Below are positions 26,964 to 29,735 of a DNA stretch of 29,735 bases, piece by piece. The first letter of the stretch is position 1; every line of letters begins with the position of its first letter. The position numbers and the translations under genes are program-made. The notes below the pieces were generated by a model, which was given only the letters and a program-made list of their open reading frames with translations, was not told where the DNA came from and did not search any database. Source of the stretch: Thermodesulfovibrionales bacterium (GTDB taxonomy: Bacteria > Nitrospirota > Thermodesulfovibrionia > Thermodesulfovibrionales > UBA6898); the NCBI GenBank assembly GCA_044450345.1, contig JBIOIY010000039.1, forward strand, positions 1 to 29,735, in the 5' to 3' direction.

Positions 26964-27119
26964 TAATCCACCCTCAGTTTTGCGTGGGGATGCATTCGAA
27001 CGGCTTCAGCGGGCTTATTTCCTCACCTCAAAGGTGAGGCGGCCCGGTGCCTCGGAGTGCAGCGAGAATGAGAGAGAATGCCGTCCCCACGCACACAATA
27101 GTAATTCTGATGGTGGTTA
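26964..27119. other. Long imperfect rod-like inverted repeat (candidate ncRNA or MITE)
   Basis: Nested pairings: TAATCCACCCTCAG/CTGATGGTGGTTA, TGCGTGGGGA/TCCCCACGCA, CGGGC/GCCCG, CCTCACCT/AGGTGAGG. Confidence 0.6.
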
Positions 27120-27136
27120 TTTGGGAAACTTCCAAA

Positions 27137-27165
27137 TTGCTTTTATCCCCGATTTCCGTTACATT
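27137..27165 (+). promoter_or_regulatory. Putative sigma70 promoter for the ABC1 kinase gene
   Basis: TTGCTT, 17 nt, TACATT. Confidence 0.4.
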
Positions 27166-27200
27166 TTATATTGAGGCGTACAGATGGCCTCACTACTCTT

Positions 27201-28820
27201 ATGCCCGGAATTCATTACAGAAAAAGGTTCTTGAAAGGACTTTTCATAGCCCTCAGGATAATCGTTTCCTACAGGGCCGGGCACTTTTTCGGTCTTTTCC
27301 TCCCGGCGCAGAAGAAAGCCGAGCGCCTGAAAAAGCTCCACAGAAGAAACGCCGCACTCATCAGGGAAAAGGCGCTCGAAATGAAAGGAGTTATGATCAA
27401 GGTAGGCCAGTTCCTCAGTTCAAGGATCGATTTCCTCCCCGACGAATACATCGAGGAGCTTTCTCAGCTCCAGGACCAGATCCCGCCCCATGAATTCGAG
27501 GAGATAAGGCAGCGGATAATAGATGAGCTGGGTTCGGCCCCGGAAGACATCTTCTCCGAGTTTGAAAAGGAACCTCTGGCCGCCGCGTCCCTCGGACAGG
27601 TGCACAGGGCAGTGCTGAAAGACGGGCGTGAAGCGGCCGTCAAGGTCCAGTACCCCGGGATAGAAAAAATAATCGAGACTGACATCAAGATGTTCGAGGT
27701 CCTCATAAACATGATGCACGGCAGGATGGGCTGGATCAATCTGAGGGTGCTGCACGAAGAGTTCTCGAAGATAGTGCGGGCCGAACTCGATTACGTTCAG
27801 GAGGGAAGAAACGCCGAGCGGTTCAGGCAGAATTTTATCGGGGACGAGAGGGTCGTCATACCCATGGTATATTGGGAATTTTCCAGGGGGAAGGTCCTCA
27901 CCCTCGAGTTTGTCGGAGGGACCAAGATAACCGAGTGTGCGGCGATAAAGGCATCGGGTATGGACTGCAGGAAACTCGTCGGCCTTGTAGCGGAGACCTA
28001 TGCAAAGATGATCTTCGTCCACGGTTTTTTCCACGGCGATCCCCATCCCGGGAATATCTTCGTAAGCGAGGGGCCGACGCTCGTATTCGTCGACTTCGGG
28101 ATGGTACAGGCGATACCCGACTCCATAAAGAAAAATTTGCGCCGGTATGCCAATGCCATCGTCGAGAACGATACGGCCGCCATCGTCGAGGCCCTCGAAA
28201 ACCTGGGGGTTCTCATCGAAGGCGCCGACTATACGGCGATAGCAAACGTCACCCAGGACCTGATCGACAAGTACCGGTACAGCACCCCTGATGAACTGAA
28301 GTCCCTGACAGTGGACGATATAGGGGAAGAGATTGATAACGTTCGCAGCGTCATCGATAACTTTCAGGTACCTAACTATTTCATACTCCTCGGCAGGACG
28401 ATCGGCATGCTAAACGGTATGGCGTACCGGCTCAATCCCGATGTTAACATCATCGAGATCGCAAAACCCTATATCGGGGAATTTTTCCGGGGCAGCCAGG
28501 AGGAGCGGATAAAACAGGCCTTCGCTACCGTCGAGAAGAGATTTTGGGAACTCGTCGATCTCCCGTCGCAGGCACAGGCCTTCCTCAAGAAGGCAAACAG
28601 GGGCGAGCTCTCCTTCAGGATCGCGAAGTCCGAGATACAGGGCATTACCGGGCAGCTCGCGTCCCTCGCCGACGTGATGCTGCTCGTGATCCTGACGGTG
28701 ACCGCCTCTTCAGCCAGTCTTTTCTTCGCCCTCCTCGGCAACAAGACGCCCTCAATCATCGCAGCCGGCACGTCCCTCCTCCTCGGGCTTCTGTCGGTAT
28801 TCAGGCTCATGAGGCGCTAG
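27201..28820 (+). CDS. AarF/UbiB (ABC1) family atypical kinase
   Basis: IKVGQ, LQD, AAASLGQVH, VKVQYP, ELDY, HGDPHPGN, DFGM; two C-terminal TM helices. Start ATG 27201 or TTG 27171. Confidence 0.93.
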   Translation: MPGIHYRKRFLKGLFIALRIIVSYRAGHFFGLFLPAQKKAERLKKLHRRNAALIREKALEMKGVMIKVGQFLSSRIDFLPDEYIEELSQLQDQIPPHEFEEIRQRIIDELGSAPEDIFSEFEKEPLAAASLGQVHRAVLKDGREAAVKVQYPGIEKIIETDIKMFEVLINMMHGRMGWINLRVLHEEFSKIVRAELDYVQEGRNAERFRQNFIGDERVVIPMVYWEFSRGKVLTLEFVGGTKITECAAIKASGMDCRKLVGLVAETYAKMIFVHGFFHGDPHPGNIFVSEGPTLVFVDFGMVQAIPDSIKKNLRRYANAIVENDTAAIVEALENLGVLIEGADYTAIANVTQDLIDKYRYSTPDELKSLTVDDIGEEIDNVRSVIDNFQVPNYFILLGRTIGMLNGMAYRLNPDVNIIEIAKPYIGEFFRGSQEERIKQAFATVEKRFWELVDLPSQAQAFLKKANRGELSFRIAKSEIQGITGQLASLADVMLLVILTVTASSASLFFALLGNKTPSIIAAGTSLLLGLLSVFRLMRR

Positions 28821-28893
28821 CCGCCCCCACCCTTTGAAGATTTTTTGCGGTTGGGTATATACTGGAATATAAAAAAACTCTTCGACTGACGGC

Positions 28894-29433
28894 ATGAAGA
28901 CTAAAGAAAAAGATCTCTGCAAAAAGATTATCTTTACCAAGGACAATCCGGACAACTTAAAAAAGGTTGTAGAATGCTCAAAGAACGTCCTCGTCTGCGG
29001 CGTCAAGGGCGTCGGCAAGATCACCAACACTGTCCAGGCGGTCAGGGAAAATACGAACGTCTATTACATCGGCAACCGGGTTGATTACGAGGGAAAGACA
29101 AGGCCCGGGAGCTTCGAAAAATATCTCACCTACATCCTCGCCCTGAAGAAGGACATACACATCGTCAACACCCTGGACGAACTCTTCGCCGTGAAAGACA
29201 GCATCATCCTCATAATAGATGAAATCTACGGCAGGAGCGAAGCGCAGCTGGTCCAGATCGACCGGCTGCTCGACATGGAGAACATCCGGATAATCCAGAT
29301 CGTCGGCTGCATGAAGTATATGGGAAGCCTCATAGACAAGATAGACGCCATCGTCGAACTGCACCTCGACGGCGCCTTCATGATCGATAAGGAACTCGGC
29401 AAGGCGATCTGCGAGATCCTCGGCAAGAAGTGA
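28894..29433 (+). CDS. Small P-loop NTPase-like protein
   Basis: Walker A-like VLVCGVKGVGKIT and Walker B-like ILIIDE; TTGAAG-18-TATACT promoter-like element at 28834-28863. Confidence 0.75.
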   Translation: MKTKEKDLCKKIIFTKDNPDNLKKVVECSKNVLVCGVKGVGKITNTVQAVRENTNVYYIGNRVDYEGKTRPGSFEKYLTYILALKKDIHIVNTLDELFAVKDSIILIIDEIYGRSEAQLVQIDRLLDMENIRIIQIVGCMKYMGSLIDKIDAIVELHLDGAFMIDKELGKAICEILGKK

Positions 29434-29735
29434 TGAAGGATCACAGGAAGAAATCCACCGCCGTCTGCCCTGCCTATGTACGGCAAAGGCCCCTCAAGAA
29501 GAATAAGCATGTGTTTCTTTTTTTTCTACATCCATGTAACTTTCTATCCAGTTGCCGAAAGTAACCTGATTCTTACAGAAACGTTCAGGGTGGACTTCTT
29601 CCTCCTACCGACAAATGTGCTATAAAGAGAGTAAGATCGGTAAGGCAGGAGAACGCACTTCTTCCTGGGTCAAAGAACCCTGACTACAGTCTGTTCCCTG
29701 CCTCCCAGAGCCATAATAGGATGATTGGGCCTAAG

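Noticed and set aside
27033..27043. GGTGAGGCGGC, also found in E. coli tRNA-Sec
   Set aside because: No UCA anticodon arm, T-loop or CCA end around it.
1..29735. CRISPR array, tRNA/rRNA, transposase or integrase
   Set aside because: No regularly spaced direct repeats, cloverleaf or recombinase motifs seen by eye.

Overview
Bacterial chromosomal segment with moderately high-GC coding sequence. Gene content and order suggest a Nitrospirota/Desulfobacterota-type organism, which is inference only. The core block is pheA-hisC-aroF-tyrA-aroA-cmk-ispH-rpsA-sppA-ihfB (+ strand, 2903-13029), divergent from an MFS transporter. An accessory block (about 13.1-19.7 kb) holds an orphan HicB-like antitoxin, a minus-strand signalling trio (orphan periplasmic solute-binding protein, HAMP-PAS hybrid histidine kinase with 2 REC and Hpt, REC-GGDEF diguanylate cyclase) and a decayed REC-HisKA pseudogene. 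Then come rseC, an EF-G paralogue, rmlA-C-B-D and a YdcF/DUF218 gene (minus), a small membrane protein, an AarF/UbiB (ABC1) kinase and a small P-loop protein. The most notable signals are not in the ORF track: (i) a truncated secreted protein at the left edge with secretin-core-like motifs directly after its signal peptide; (ii) two REP-like palindromic repeats flanking aroF, each with a different inner hairpin at the equivalent site; (iii) a ~155-nt rod-like inverted-repeat element between divergent genes at 27 kb; (iv) a motif shared by two distant intergenic regions; (v) leaderless-mRNA signatures on three genes. No tRNA, rRNA, CRISPR array or transposase was recognised.
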